Positions 18,510 through 27,293 of a DNA stretch of 64,000 bases are shown in pieces. The position numbers and the translations under genes were made by a program. Positions within the stretch are counted from its first letter, which is position 1; each line of letters begins with the position of its first letter. The notes beneath the pieces were generated by a model that was given only the letters and a program-made list of their open reading frames with translations, was not told the DNA's origin and ran no database searches. This stretch comes from Maioricimonas rarisocia (GTDB lineage Bacteria; Planctomycetota; Planctomycetia; Planctomycetales; Planctomycetaceae): positions 2,650,853 through 2,714,852 of the forward strand of contig NZ_CP036275.1 in assembly GCF_007747795.1 (NCBI RefSeq), given 5' to 3'.

Positions 18510-19079
18510 TCACCCACGCTCCCCATCCCCGATCGGACGGATCACCCGGCAGGGATTGCCCGCGGCAAAGACCCCATCCGGGACATTGCGCGTCACCACG
18601 CTGCCGGCACCGATCACCGTCTCGTCCCCGATCGTCACGCCCGGGCAGATGATCGCTCCGCCTCCCACCCACACGTCCCGGCCGATCGTGATCGGCCTGC
18701 CGGACTCCTGCGTGCGGCGGAGCTGGGCATCCATCGGGTGCGTGGCGGTGTAGATCTGCACCGCCGGTCCGAACAGGGTGAAATCGCCCACACGTACTTC
18801 GCAGACGTCGAGGACGACACAGTTGAAATTGAAGTAGACGTTGGTGCCGAGATGGATGTTGCTGCCGTAATCGCAGTAGAACGGCGGCTGCACCTGGACC
18901 GAGTCGCCCCCGCTGCCGAGCAGCTCGCACAGGATCGTACGTCGCCGGTCCTGATCGCGCTCGCGTGTGGCGTTGAGATCCTGGCACAGGTCGCGGGCCC
19001 GCTCGCGCGCCTGAACCAGTTCCGGGGCCAGCGGGTCGTACAGCTCGCCGGCGAGCATCTTGTCCCATTCGGAGGTCAT
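18510..19079 (-). CDS. Sugar (maltose/galactoside) O-acetyltransferase, left-handed beta-helix
   Basis: Start MTSEWDKMLAGELYDP. Hexapeptide repeats ...GDFTLFGPAVQIYTATHPMDAQLR...ITIGRDVWVGGGAIICPGVTIGDETVIGAGSVVTRNVPDGVFAAGNPCRVIR, the Maa/LacA pattern. Confidence 0.85.
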   Translation of the reverse strand: MTSEWDKMLAGELYDPLAPELVQARERARDLCQDLNATRERDQDRRRTILCELLGSGGDSVQVQPPFYCDYGSNIHLGTNVYFNFNCVVLDVCEVRVGDFTLFGPAVQIYTATHPMDAQLRRTQESGRPITIGRDVWVGGGAIICPGVTIGDETVIGAGSVVTRNVPDGVFAAGNPCRVIRPIGDGERG

Positions 19080-19218
19080 GGCGTCGCCGTCGGTTCCAGG
19101 GGGCGTCGGTTCGTTGCCGTGCGCGTGCGGTCGCTGGTGGCACATTGCGGGCCGAATCGCCGCTACCAGCCGGCTCTGGCGGGCCTCACTGCTCAGGACT
19201 CATCTCTCAGCCCTTCGG

Positions 19219-19629
19219 CTACGGATAACTCAGATCGATCTCGTTGTCGCCGGCTTTGACCTCGGCCTGCTTCTCGATCCGCTGGTAGTCGCGAGGCACG
19301 TTGCCGGCCGGAGGAACCATCGGGGCTTCTGGATCGTTCGGGTCGTGTTCGACGTTGCTCGAGATGAACACGTTGTGCTGGCCGATGATCGCGCCGGACG
19401 TCGTCGAGTTGAAATTGAGCTCGTAGTAGCCGCTGCTGTCGGTGATGCCGGTTGAGGACCGTCCGCCGCTGACAGGGGCGAACGTGACAATGACGTCTTC
19501 TGTCGGCTCTCCGTCAATCTTCACGACGCCGCTGACACTGCCAAGGTCGGGGAGGTCTTTGGCCTCGCTGCCGCAGCCGACGAGGATCAGGCCGAGAACG
19601 GCCGTGAGAATACGTTTCGGGATGAACAT
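19219..19629 (-). CDS. Small lipoprotein (carboxypeptidase-regulatory-like/transthyretin-like fold), DUF1559 partner
   Basis: Start at 19629: MFIPKRILTAVLGLILVGCGSE (lipobox). GVVKIDGEPTEDVIVTFAP...SGYYEL. Immediately downstream of the DUF1559 gene, as is typical in Planctomycetes. Confidence 0.65.
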   Translation of the reverse strand: MFIPKRILTAVLGLILVGCGSEAKDLPDLGSVSGVVKIDGEPTEDVIVTFAPVSGGRSSTGITDSSGYYELNFNSTTSGAIIGQHNVFISSNVEHDPNDPEAPMVPPAGNVPRDYQRIEKQAEVKAGDNEIDLSYP

Positions 19630-19743
19630 TCCTGGTGCTCTGCTGGTGGTGACCGGTCCGTGAGGGATCCGCTGTTCCAATGAAACCGGGAGGCCGCGCT
19701 GGCAGCCCCCCGGTGGTATCGAGTCGACAGGGAGAGTCGCGAA

Positions 19744-20796
19744 TCAGAACTCGCCCAGGACCTGTCCGTCCTCACGGTCGGCAAGCCGCTCGTAGGTGCT
19801 GTCGGTCACTTCGGTCCCGCCGGTGTGGCGATTGTTCTGGTCGATGTTCTCGGAGATCATCCGCACGCTGCCGTCGGCAAGCACGAAGTGAGCGCCTCCC
19901 ACGTGACGGCTCGAGAAGCCTTTGTTGCACTCGTTGGTCTGTGCGTTGAGGTGGGACGTCGTCGAGCCGAGCACCGGGTGCACGGTCGACTGCTCGTTCC
20001 GGATGTCGGTTCCGAAGACCAGGGCGGCCCGGCAGGTGTAGGTACCGCCGTTCGGGTTCTGAAGCTGCCAGGCACGTTCGCCGGCGAGAATCGTGTTGCT
20101 CGCACCGTCGGTGATGTCCCGCATCCTGACGCTCGAGTCCCGCCAGAACAGACCCGTCGCGCCGACGCCGTTGGGGCCCCACTGACTCATCGCGTTCAGA
20201 CCGGGGCCGGTGTTCCAGGCGCAGCAGTTGGGGTCGGGAGCCTGACTGTGCCAGCGACGGCTGGAGTTGTTGACGATGTAGTTCGAGGTGGCCGTATCCC
20301 GCAGCGTCTGGTTGGCATCATACAGTCGCTTCGACGAGTTCACCTGCGGCCCGGTATCGGACGGGCAGCGGAAGGCAGCGATCGGCGTCTGGAGAATGGC
20401 CAGCCGGTCGAACGGGCCTCCCGACTGCAGAGCATGCTTGATGCGGATTTCGCCGACCCGAAGCTGGTTGTAGGTCGGCGCCTGATCAATGTAAGGCAGG
20501 ATGAAGGCACCCCAACCCCAGGCACTTCGTTCTGCGTCGAGAGCGGCCGAGTAGTCCGACTGCGTCGTCGCCGGCACGTCGAACTGGTTGATGTATCCCG
20601 GGGGCAGTGTGCCGTACACGTCGTGATAGTTGTGCATCGCCAGCCCGATCTGTTTCAGGTTGTTCTTGCACTGGGTACGACGTGCGGCCTCGCGCGCCTG
20701 CTGGACAGCAGGCAACAGGAGGGCAATCAGAATCGCTATGATCGCAATCACGACCAGCAATTCAATCAGTGTGAATCCTCGTCTGCAGCCTCTCAT
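19744..20796 (-). CDS. DUF1559 domain protein with prepilin-type N-terminal cleavage/methylation motif
   Basis: Start at 20796: MRGCRRGFTLIELLVVIAIIAILIALLLPAVQQAREAARRTQCKNNLKQIGLAMHNYHD, a textbook pseudopilin/DUF1559 N-terminus. C-terminal ...HVGGAHFVLADGSVRMISENID. Confidence 0.9.
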   Translation of the reverse strand: MRGCRRGFTLIELLVVIAIIAILIALLLPAVQQAREAARRTQCKNNLKQIGLAMHNYHDVYGTLPPGYINQFDVPATTQSDYSAALDAERSAWGWGAFILPYIDQAPTYNQLRVGEIRIKHALQSGGPFDRLAILQTPIAAFRCPSDTGPQVNSSKRLYDANQTLRDTATSNYIVNNSSRRWHSQAPDPNCCAWNTGPGLNAMSQWGPNGVGATGLFWRDSSVRMRDITDGASNTILAGERAWQLQNPNGGTYTCRAALVFGTDIRNEQSTVHPVLGSTTSHLNAQTNECNKGFSSRHVGGAHFVLADGSVRMISENIDQNNRHTGGTEVTDSTYERLADREDGQVLGEF

Positions 20797-21412
20797 GAGC
20801 GTCTCCTTCAATGGAATGTTCGAAACAACGTGCCCGGTGTCCCGTCCCGGTACCGAATGGATGGACCGTTCCTGCGCGCGGGGACCTGTCAGTTCCGTGT
20901 GACGACAAAACAAATGAAGCGTTCGACAACAGCACGATGTACGACAGCGAAGTCTGTATGAATCCGAGGCGTGGTTGCCGCTTCCCGACAGTTGAAAACT
21001 GACGGTCGGCACAACCCGTGTGCACTACGTGCTGTGTCCCGGAATAATGCCGGAACGAGTCGACGCCTCTGCGAGCAGCGCGAAGACGGCACCCGGAGCG
21101 CCCGAGAAGGCAAATCCTGACAAGGTGCACGAACAAGAATCGATCGGAAGCGCTGCTACGCCGGCCCGAGGATGACGAGAGAGTCGATGATCATATCGGC
21201 GGAGCGACACGTGTCAATAACGCTCCGCCGTGAGAACAACGTCGCTTGCCACGGCAAAATCATTCCCGCAAATTGCCGACTTTTTCTCAGCGGTTGCCAC
21301 ACCACGACGGTCGGTCGCATCGCCGACGCGGGTGTGTCAAGCTTCGCTGCACGGCTCGGCGGAAACACTGGACGTGCGGCTGACGTGATGCAACGATCAC
21401 TGCGTCGTCTTG

Positions 21413-22543
21413 CTACTTCAGAAAACGCACGCAGATGCAGTGCGGCACCTTGATGCTGTTGCCGGTCGGCGACAGTTCTCCAGTCTTGAGATCGACCTTC
21501 AGCACCGCGACATCATCGCTGCTCTGGTTGGCCGCGATAACGTAGCGACCGTCGGGGGTGATGCCGAAGTTCCGCGGCGTATTGCCGCCGCTGCTTGTCC
21601 GGCCGATCTCCGTCAGCATGCCCGTGGACTCGTCGATTGCGAACGCGGCGATGCTGTCGTGACCACGGTTCGAGCAGTAGACGAACCTGCCGGTCGGGTG
21701 CACCAGGATCTCGGCCGTCGAGTTGTTGCCGGTGAAGTCCTCCGGCAGCGTCGAGATCGTCTGCTTCGCCTCGGTCACACCTGTCGACGGATCGAGGTCG
21801 AACATGGTGACCGACGAAGCCATCTCGTTGTTGACGTACATCCACCGGCCGTCGGGGCTGAACGCGACGTGCCGGGGGCCGCCGCCGGGAGGCGTGGTGG
21901 CAACCGGCGGATCGTTGGGTGTCATGCTCCGGCCGTCGTCGGCGACGCGGTAGATCCGCACCCTGTCCTGCCCCAGGTCGGGGACCATGACGAGCTGGCC
22001 GCCCGGGGCCGTCCGTGCCGAGTGGGGATGCGGACCTTCCTGCCGCTTCTCGTTCACGCCGCTGCCGCCGCTGTGCTGGAAGAAGCTGCTGCGCGGCAGG
22101 AGCGAGCCATCGTCGGCGAGCGGCATCAATCCGCAGCTGCCGCCGGTGTAGTTGGCGTAGACGACGTAGCGATCTTTGGGGCCGACGGAGACGTGACAGG
22201 GATTGACGCCGCCGGTCTCCTGCCGGTTCAGCTCGGTAAGCGTTCCCGTATCGCGGTCGATGGCCCAGGCGACGATCCAGTTCCCCTCTTTGCTGTTTGC
22301 GACCGAGTACAGAAACCGCCCGTTGTGGCTGATGGCGAGGAAGCCGGGGTTGTCGGCTTCGGCGGCGAGCTGCGGCGAAGAGAGTGTGCCGGTTGCCAGG
22401 TCGAGTGTGCCGGTGTAGATCCCCTGGCTGCCGGACTGGTTCTTGGTGCCGTAATAAACGCGCAATGTCCCGTCCTCCGCTGCGTAGAGATTCGTTGCCG
22501 CAAGCAGTGCGGCGACTGCCACGAGGAATACCCGGCGTATCAT
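21413..22543 (-). CDS. Lactonase, 7-bladed beta-propeller (6-phosphogluconolactonase-like, YbhE/Pgl family)
   Basis: 376 aa with signal peptide. Repeated propeller motifs ...GGVNPCHVSVGPKDRYVVYANY...GGGPRHVAFSPDGRWMYVNNEM...GNTPRNFGITPDGRYVIAANQSSDDVAV. Confidence 0.85.
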   Translation of the reverse strand: MIRRVFLVAVAALLAATNLYAAEDGTLRVYYGTKNQSGSQGIYTGTLDLATGTLSSPQLAAEADNPGFLAISHNGRFLYSVANSKEGNWIVAWAIDRDTGTLTELNRQETGGVNPCHVSVGPKDRYVVYANYTGGSCGLMPLADDGSLLPRSSFFQHSGGSGVNEKRQEGPHPHSARTAPGGQLVMVPDLGQDRVRIYRVADDGRSMTPNDPPVATTPPGGGPRHVAFSPDGRWMYVNNEMASSVTMFDLDPSTGVTEAKQTISTLPEDFTGNNSTAEILVHPTGRFVYCSNRGHDSIAAFAIDESTGMLTEIGRTSSGGNTPRNFGITPDGRYVIAANQSSDDVAVLKVDLKTGELSPTGNSIKVPHCICVRFLK

Positions 22544-22659
22544 GGTTCGACTTCTCCCCGGCTGCGGTGTGTCATCAGGAACGGCGAATCTTGGTGGCGA
22601 CCTGTCCGCGTGTCCGTCTTCGTCGTCCGGCTTGGGCTGCGTACCTGAGACGATACGCG

Positions 22660-23040
22660 GCGTGGGCGCAGAGTGCTACCGTGGAGGGACAGGAACGAAC
22701 CACGGTGGCACGGAACCACGGAACCACGGAACCACGGAACCACGGAACCACGGAACCACGGAACCACGGAACCACGGAGGCACGGAGGCACGGAGGCACG
22801 GAGGCACGGAACCACGGAGGCACGGAGTTGTTTGTCGTGCCACGGCTCTGCGAGCCGTGCGATCACTCGCTGGCGCTTCGTGCTGGTCCTGGGACGCATG
22901 CAGAGAGCCTCCTGCCGGCTGCGCCGGGCGCGGTTGGCGAGCAACCGCGGGTACCCGATTCCTCAAGCCTCGCGTCTCGAGCCTCAAGCCTGACTCGCCA
23001 CGCCCATCACTCCGCTTCGCTCCAGGGATGTGCCACACTC
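22660..23040. repeat. Composite dispersed repeat element (family A) copy 3, including octamer array (GGAACCAC)n(GGAGGCAC)n at 22697..22826
   Basis: 8-bp tandem array of about 16 units. Then the REP module CTGCCGGCTGCGCCGGGCGCGGTTGGCGAGCAACCGCGGGTACCCGATTCCTCAAGCC and CACGCCCATCACTCCGCTTCGCTCCAGGGATGTGCCACAC. Confidence 0.7.
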
Positions 23041-23309
23041 AAGTTGGCTTGTACGCAGGCAGCAATGCACCCGTCCTACCGGCGTTTGATCTGACTGACA
23101 ATCGTCGGATCTTTGATATTCGTGTCGTCCGCCAGCAGAAACGCCTTGCTGAGGATGATCGACATCGTGTTGTCCCCCTCGAACGGGAGAAACACGTCGC
23201 AGGGTGGCCCGGCCGCGACGGCCGGGTCGCAAAGCGACAGGATGCTTCGTCATGTGCGGTCAATGAAAACGAGCATCCCTGGCGATGCTGCATATCGAAG
23301 GGAAAAACA

Positions 23310-23372
23310 TCCTGTGCCTGCGGCACCCAACCGCCCACAGGGCGGTCGGGCCACCCTGCGGTGCTGGGGTGG
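23310..23372. repeat. Hairpin-rich repeat family B copy 2
   Basis: See 8353..8410. Confidence 0.5.
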
Positions 23373-23425
23373 CCGGCCTTCGGCGGTCGCGCGTGGTGCA
23401 GGCATCTGGAGCTGTTCCCAGCATT

Positions 23426-23480
23426 TGCAGACTTGTTTGCAGACTTGTTTGTTGACTTGTTTGTTGACTTGTTTGTTGAC
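23426..23480. repeat. 12-bp tandem repeat (G[C/T][A/T]GACTTGTTT)x4.5
   Basis: GCAGACTTGTTT GCAGACTTGTTT GTTGACTTGTTT GTTGACTTGTTT GTTGACG, directly visible. Confidence 0.85.
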
Positions 23481-23594
23481 GTCACGTTGCCAGTGGCTTA
23501 GCCTGCTTAATACTCGATGCATGCGTCGCCTCTCCCGGCGGATGTCCATTCGCGGCGACGGCATCACGGGCCACCATTCGGATGAGGCCGTCCG

Positions 23595-24542
23595 ATGACC
23601 AGTCTTCTCGACACTTCTGCCGCGACAGTCCACCAGGGGGCCTTGCGTGTCGCTGGTGACCGCCACGCGAGCTCGCCTGTGGCATGGGCTGAGTCGTCGG
23701 GTTCGCGGAAGTTCCGGCCGAGCGGGTTGTCCCGCCCGGCAGCAGTCCCGCTCGCTGTGATTCTCCCGGTTGTCTTGCTCGCTCTGGTCGACGGCTCGGA
23801 AGGGGCGGTGCTTCGGGAAGACTTCAGCGGGCCCCGGCCCGACCCGCGCTTGTGGTCTGTCGATACCCGCAACCCGCCCGGCGTCAAGGTGAGCACGGAC
23901 GGCGCGCTGCGCTTCATCATCCCTCCTGGTCCAGGTGAGCGCCCGTCGGCGGTTATGAAGAGCCGCTTTCGCCTCGAAGGAGACTTCGATATCCGGGCGG
24001 AGTTCTCCATCGAGTCGCTGCCGATGCCCAGGGACGGTTGGATCAACGTCGAACTCTTTATTGACGGTCCAGGTGGTCCGGCCAGCGTGATGCGTACGAA
24101 TCACTCAACGGAAGGTGCCGGCTTCAGTTGCTGGTGGGAGCCGCCGGCGAAGGGCGTTCCCGGTGTCTGGACGCACGTCGGCTCCGAAAGCAAACGGGCG
24201 ACCCTGCAACTGAAGCGGGAGAGGGACCTGCTCACGTTTCATATCCTCAATCCGGGTAAGATGCTGGACTCCAGTCAAGAGACACCGGACCAGATTCAAT
24301 TGTCCTCGGTCAAATACGGCACATTGCCGATCGACCGCGTTGAACTGCGGGTTGCCGTTCCTGAGACAGAGACCCGGGGCAATGTCGCGTTCCATAATGT
24401 CTCGATCGACGCCGACGAGATCCCGGAATCGATGGCGGCAGGTTCACCGATCGGTCCCGGTGCCTCGTACCGGATGCTGCTGCTTGGGGTGTCAGTCGGT
24501 GTGCTGCTGTTCGCGGCCTGGCTCCGGCGGGCATCATCCTGA
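23595..24542 (+). CDS. Hypothetical membrane-anchored protein (jelly-roll-like extracellular domain, C-terminal TM)
   Basis: 315 aa. Internal hydrophobic segment AAVPLAVILPVVLLALV. C-terminus SPIGPGASYRMLLLGVSVGVLLFAAWLRRASS. No family recognised. Confidence 0.6.
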   Translation: MTSLLDTSAATVHQGALRVAGDRHASSPVAWAESSGSRKFRPSGLSRPAAVPLAVILPVVLLALVDGSEGAVLREDFSGPRPDPRLWSVDTRNPPGVKVSTDGALRFIIPPGPGERPSAVMKSRFRLEGDFDIRAEFSIESLPMPRDGWINVELFIDGPGGPASVMRTNHSTEGAGFSCWWEPPAKGVPGVWTHVGSESKRATLQLKRERDLLTFHILNPGKMLDSSQETPDQIQLSSVKYGTLPIDRVELRVAVPETETRGNVAFHNVSIDADEIPESMAAGSPIGPGASYRMLLLGVSVGVLLFAAWLRRASS

Positions 24543-24616
24543 TGACGTGTCGTCCAGGACCGGTTGCCATCCCGGGCATGTCCCGTTTCTTTTCTCGGAA
24601 TGACAGGAGTCGTGAC

Positions 24617-24928
24617 ATGAACAAGTCTGTCGTTGCTCTGGTCCTGGGCCTGTTGCTGTCCATGGCGAGTGGCTATGCGCTCGCAGGCTGGTATCAGTCG
24701 TGCAGCCTTGAGGCGATTGGCACGTGTGAGAACAAGACGAGCAGCAACGCCTCGTGCTACTACGTCACCGGAGGCAGGAACGACACCTGCGAATCAACCT
24801 CCGATACGATGCTGGGCGTGTGTGTTCACGGCTTCTGGAGTTGCGGCGGCACAAACTGCGGGGGAGAGTGCGCAGGAAATCGCCTTCATTCGTGTAATGT
24901 ACCGGTCTCTGGCTGTGACAGTTACTGA
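24617..24928 (+). CDS. Small Cys-rich secreted protein
   Basis: ATG at 24617 with AGGAG RBS 8 bp upstream. Signal MNKSVVALVLGLLLSMASGYALA. Twelve Cys in 80 mature residues (CENKTSSNASCYYVTGGRNDTCES...CVHGFWSCGGTNCGGECAGNRLHSCNVPVSGCDSY). Several N-x-S/T sequons. Confidence 0.55.
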   Translation: MNKSVVALVLGLLLSMASGYALAGWYQSCSLEAIGTCENKTSSNASCYYVTGGRNDTCESTSDTMLGVCVHGFWSCGGTNCGGECAGNRLHSCNVPVSGCDSY

Positions 24929-25008
24929 TCTCTGGCGGAGCGTTGTCGATAACGAACAGTGCGACCGGGGGCAGGCCGCGCCTGCCCCCCGGTTCCGGGA
25001 CAGATACC

Positions 25009-26166
25009 ATGAGCCTTCGAGTGACTCTCACGTTGATCCTTGCCGCGGTTGCGTTCTGCACGGCCGACACGGTGAGGGGCGATGATCCGCCCCGGGCTGT
25101 CCCGGAGTATGGAGAGCTCGCAAAGATCCTGGACGCGAACGCGGCGACCATTGCCGCGCTGCACTCGTTTCACCTGACCGTAGAGTGTTACAGCCGTAAG
25201 GTGCCGGACGACCTGACGCGTCCATGGAATGAGCCGCTCACGCTGTTCCGCAGATTCGAGTGGTTCCGCTCGGGCGACCGCGAACGGATCAAGGTGGTCG
25301 ATGTCGTGAATCCTCTGGACGAGAAGGGGCTGCCCCGAGGAATCGAAGATGTCTACCGCGACGGAACGCTTCAGTACGTACTCGGCAACTGGGACTGGAA
25401 CGACCCTCAACCGATCTCCCCTGCCCGCCAGGGAAGCGTCTACGCCAGTATCGAGCAGCAGACATCCAGCTACCACAAGGCCGACCCGGCGGAATTTCTG
25501 TTGCTGTATCCTCGCTTTCGGCTGAAGGAGCCGCGTGTTCCTCTTGCCGAATACGTCAAGCGTTTCGCCACGTGCGAACTGGTTCCCTCAGACAGTCCGT
25601 CCGAGGTACGGATTCATCTGAAAGGTCCGGATTCCCTGGGCGTTTACGAGCCTCAGGAATGGATTGAGGTCGTCCTGTCGGCCGACCATGGATACCTGGT
25701 GAGGGAATTCGTCCGGCACGAACCGGACTCACCGGTCGGGGCCGGTTACTACAGGTACGAAGTGAAGAGCTTCCACGACCTTGGTGGCGGTGCATTTGTG
25801 CCGGCCCATGTCGAGTACACGATTTCTTCCGTTGAGCTCAAGCCATCCAGCGAATTTCACGTGACGGTGAATTCGGTGAATGCGCCGCTCCCGACAGACG
25901 TGTTTGACTTCCGCTTCCCGAAGGATGTTCAGGTTGTCGACATCAGTCAGGGGTTGAAAGATCACAAATGGCTGCTGTGGGGCACGGACAACCAGCCGGT
26001 GATGGAGATCAGCTCACCCGCCGATCTGGTGCGAATCGATCCGGACGGGGCGAGGTCGTTTCCCGGTGAGACTCCATTCGGGTTCATCCTCGCCAATGTG
26101 GCTGTGGTTTTGCTTGTGCTGGTGCTGGTGACGATGTACGTCGTGCGCCGCAGAAAGAACTCCTGA
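25009..26166 (+). CDS. Hypothetical secreted protein with C-terminal TM anchor and basic tail
   Basis: ATG at 25009. Signal MSLRVTLTLILAAVAFCTA. C-terminus FGFILANVAVVLLVLVLVTMYVVRRRKNS. Confidence 0.6.
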   Translation: MSLRVTLTLILAAVAFCTADTVRGDDPPRAVPEYGELAKILDANAATIAALHSFHLTVECYSRKVPDDLTRPWNEPLTLFRRFEWFRSGDRERIKVVDVVNPLDEKGLPRGIEDVYRDGTLQYVLGNWDWNDPQPISPARQGSVYASIEQQTSSYHKADPAEFLLLYPRFRLKEPRVPLAEYVKRFATCELVPSDSPSEVRIHLKGPDSLGVYEPQEWIEVVLSADHGYLVREFVRHEPDSPVGAGYYRYEVKSFHDLGGGAFVPAHVEYTISSVELKPSSEFHVTVNSVNAPLPTDVFDFRFPKDVQVVDISQGLKDHKWLLWGTDNQPVMEISSPADLVRIDPDGARSFPGETPFGFILANVAVVLLVLVLVTMYVVRRRKNS

Positions 26167-26191
26167 CCTGTCGTTCTGCAGGGGGGATGCA

Positions 26192-27289
26192 ATGAGAGGG
26201 ACGACCTGGATTCTACTTCTGATCGTGATCTGCTGCGGCCTGCCGTTGGGGATGCTCATCTATCGTCGTGATGCAGGTGCGGGTGCCGGTCCAGTTGCGA
26301 TTGAAATCAAGCCGCGTGAGATCACCCTGAGCGACGTTGTGATCCAGGGTGAGTCCGTCCCGGTTGAGTTCACCGTCGCCAATCGGGGTGGTGAACTGAT
26401 CCGCATCGACAGCCTGACGACTTCGTGTGGTTGCATGACCGCAGCGGCCAGCGGGGACGCCCCGAAATATCCGCTGCAGTTGCTGCCAGGCGATTCGCAG
26501 ACCGTGAGGCTGACGATCGACACGTTCGGGCGGTCCGGCCGTCAGCAGTACATGGCGAGAGTCAACGGAGAGGCCGGCGGACGACCATTTGCAGAGGAAG
26601 TCGGCATCACCCTGGACGTGGCGCTGGGGTGGCATGTGGAACCGAGCATGGTCCTCTTCGAAGACGTGAATCCGGGGGAAACCCGGGAAATCGAGCTGAC
26701 CGTTTACGATGGTATGGCCGGTCGCCCCCTGAAACTGGGGCGCGTCGAGGTCAGTGATCCCGGCAGAATGGTGGTGAGCACTCAGGCGGCAGAGACGGAT
26801 GCACTGGAAGATGTGAAGATCGGATTGAGGCATTACGAGCTGCATCCGCGTTATCAGTTGTCGCTGAGGTACACTGCGAGCTCAGACGCGTTCCAGAGCG
26901 ATGACTCGGTTGTTCTGTTTTCGGAAGGCCAGCCGGAGACGTCGCTCAGTATTCCGGTCCATGGCCGGGTGACTCCTCCGCCGATAGTGTTTTCGCCATC
27001 GCGGATCGTACTGCCGCCGTCGACGACAGCGAATGGTGTGCTGGAGCGCGTTGTCTGGTGTCGGATTACAGGACTGGGAGAGGACGTGTCGCCGCAGGTT
27101 CGCAGCATTCCCGACGGGGTGAGCGTCCGGATCGAGAACGTCGAAGGGGCGCCGGGCTCATCCGTTCCGGCCAGGCTGCTTAAGATGGTGTTTCAGATCC
27201 AGCCTGAAGCGGATCTTGCTGCCAATTCGGTGGCGACGTTCTCGATTGCGGGCGAGAGCGGTTCTGTGTCCCTCACACGAATCCGGTGA
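26192..27289 (+). CDS. DUF1573 domain-containing protein
   Basis: N-terminal TM. FTVANRGGELIRIDSLTTSCGCMTAA is the DUF1573 signature (SCGC). Followed by two further Ig-like segments. Confidence 0.8.
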   Translation: MRGTTWILLLIVICCGLPLGMLIYRRDAGAGAGPVAIEIKPREITLSDVVIQGESVPVEFTVANRGGELIRIDSLTTSCGCMTAAASGDAPKYPLQLLPGDSQTVRLTIDTFGRSGRQQYMARVNGEAGGRPFAEEVGITLDVALGWHVEPSMVLFEDVNPGETREIELTVYDGMAGRPLKLGRVEVSDPGRMVVSTQAAETDALEDVKIGLRHYELHPRYQLSLRYTASSDAFQSDDSVVLFSEGQPETSLSIPVHGRVTPPPIVFSPSRIVLPPSTTANGVLERVVWCRITGLGEDVSPQVRSIPDGVSVRIENVEGAPGSSVPARLLKMVFQIQPEADLAANSVATFSIAGESGSVSLTRIR

Positions 27290-27293
27290 GCCG

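Noticed and set aside
19825-22648. Plus-strand ORFs 19825..20961 and 21410..22648
   Set aside because: Shadows of the DUF1559 and lactonase genes on the minus strand.
23053-23142. Short minus-strand ORF (MSIILSKAFLLADDTNIKDPTIVSQIKRR) in the large non-coding stretch
   Set aside because: Protein-like sequence, but only about 29 codons with no start context or homolog recognisable. Possibly a gene fragment, too weak to call.
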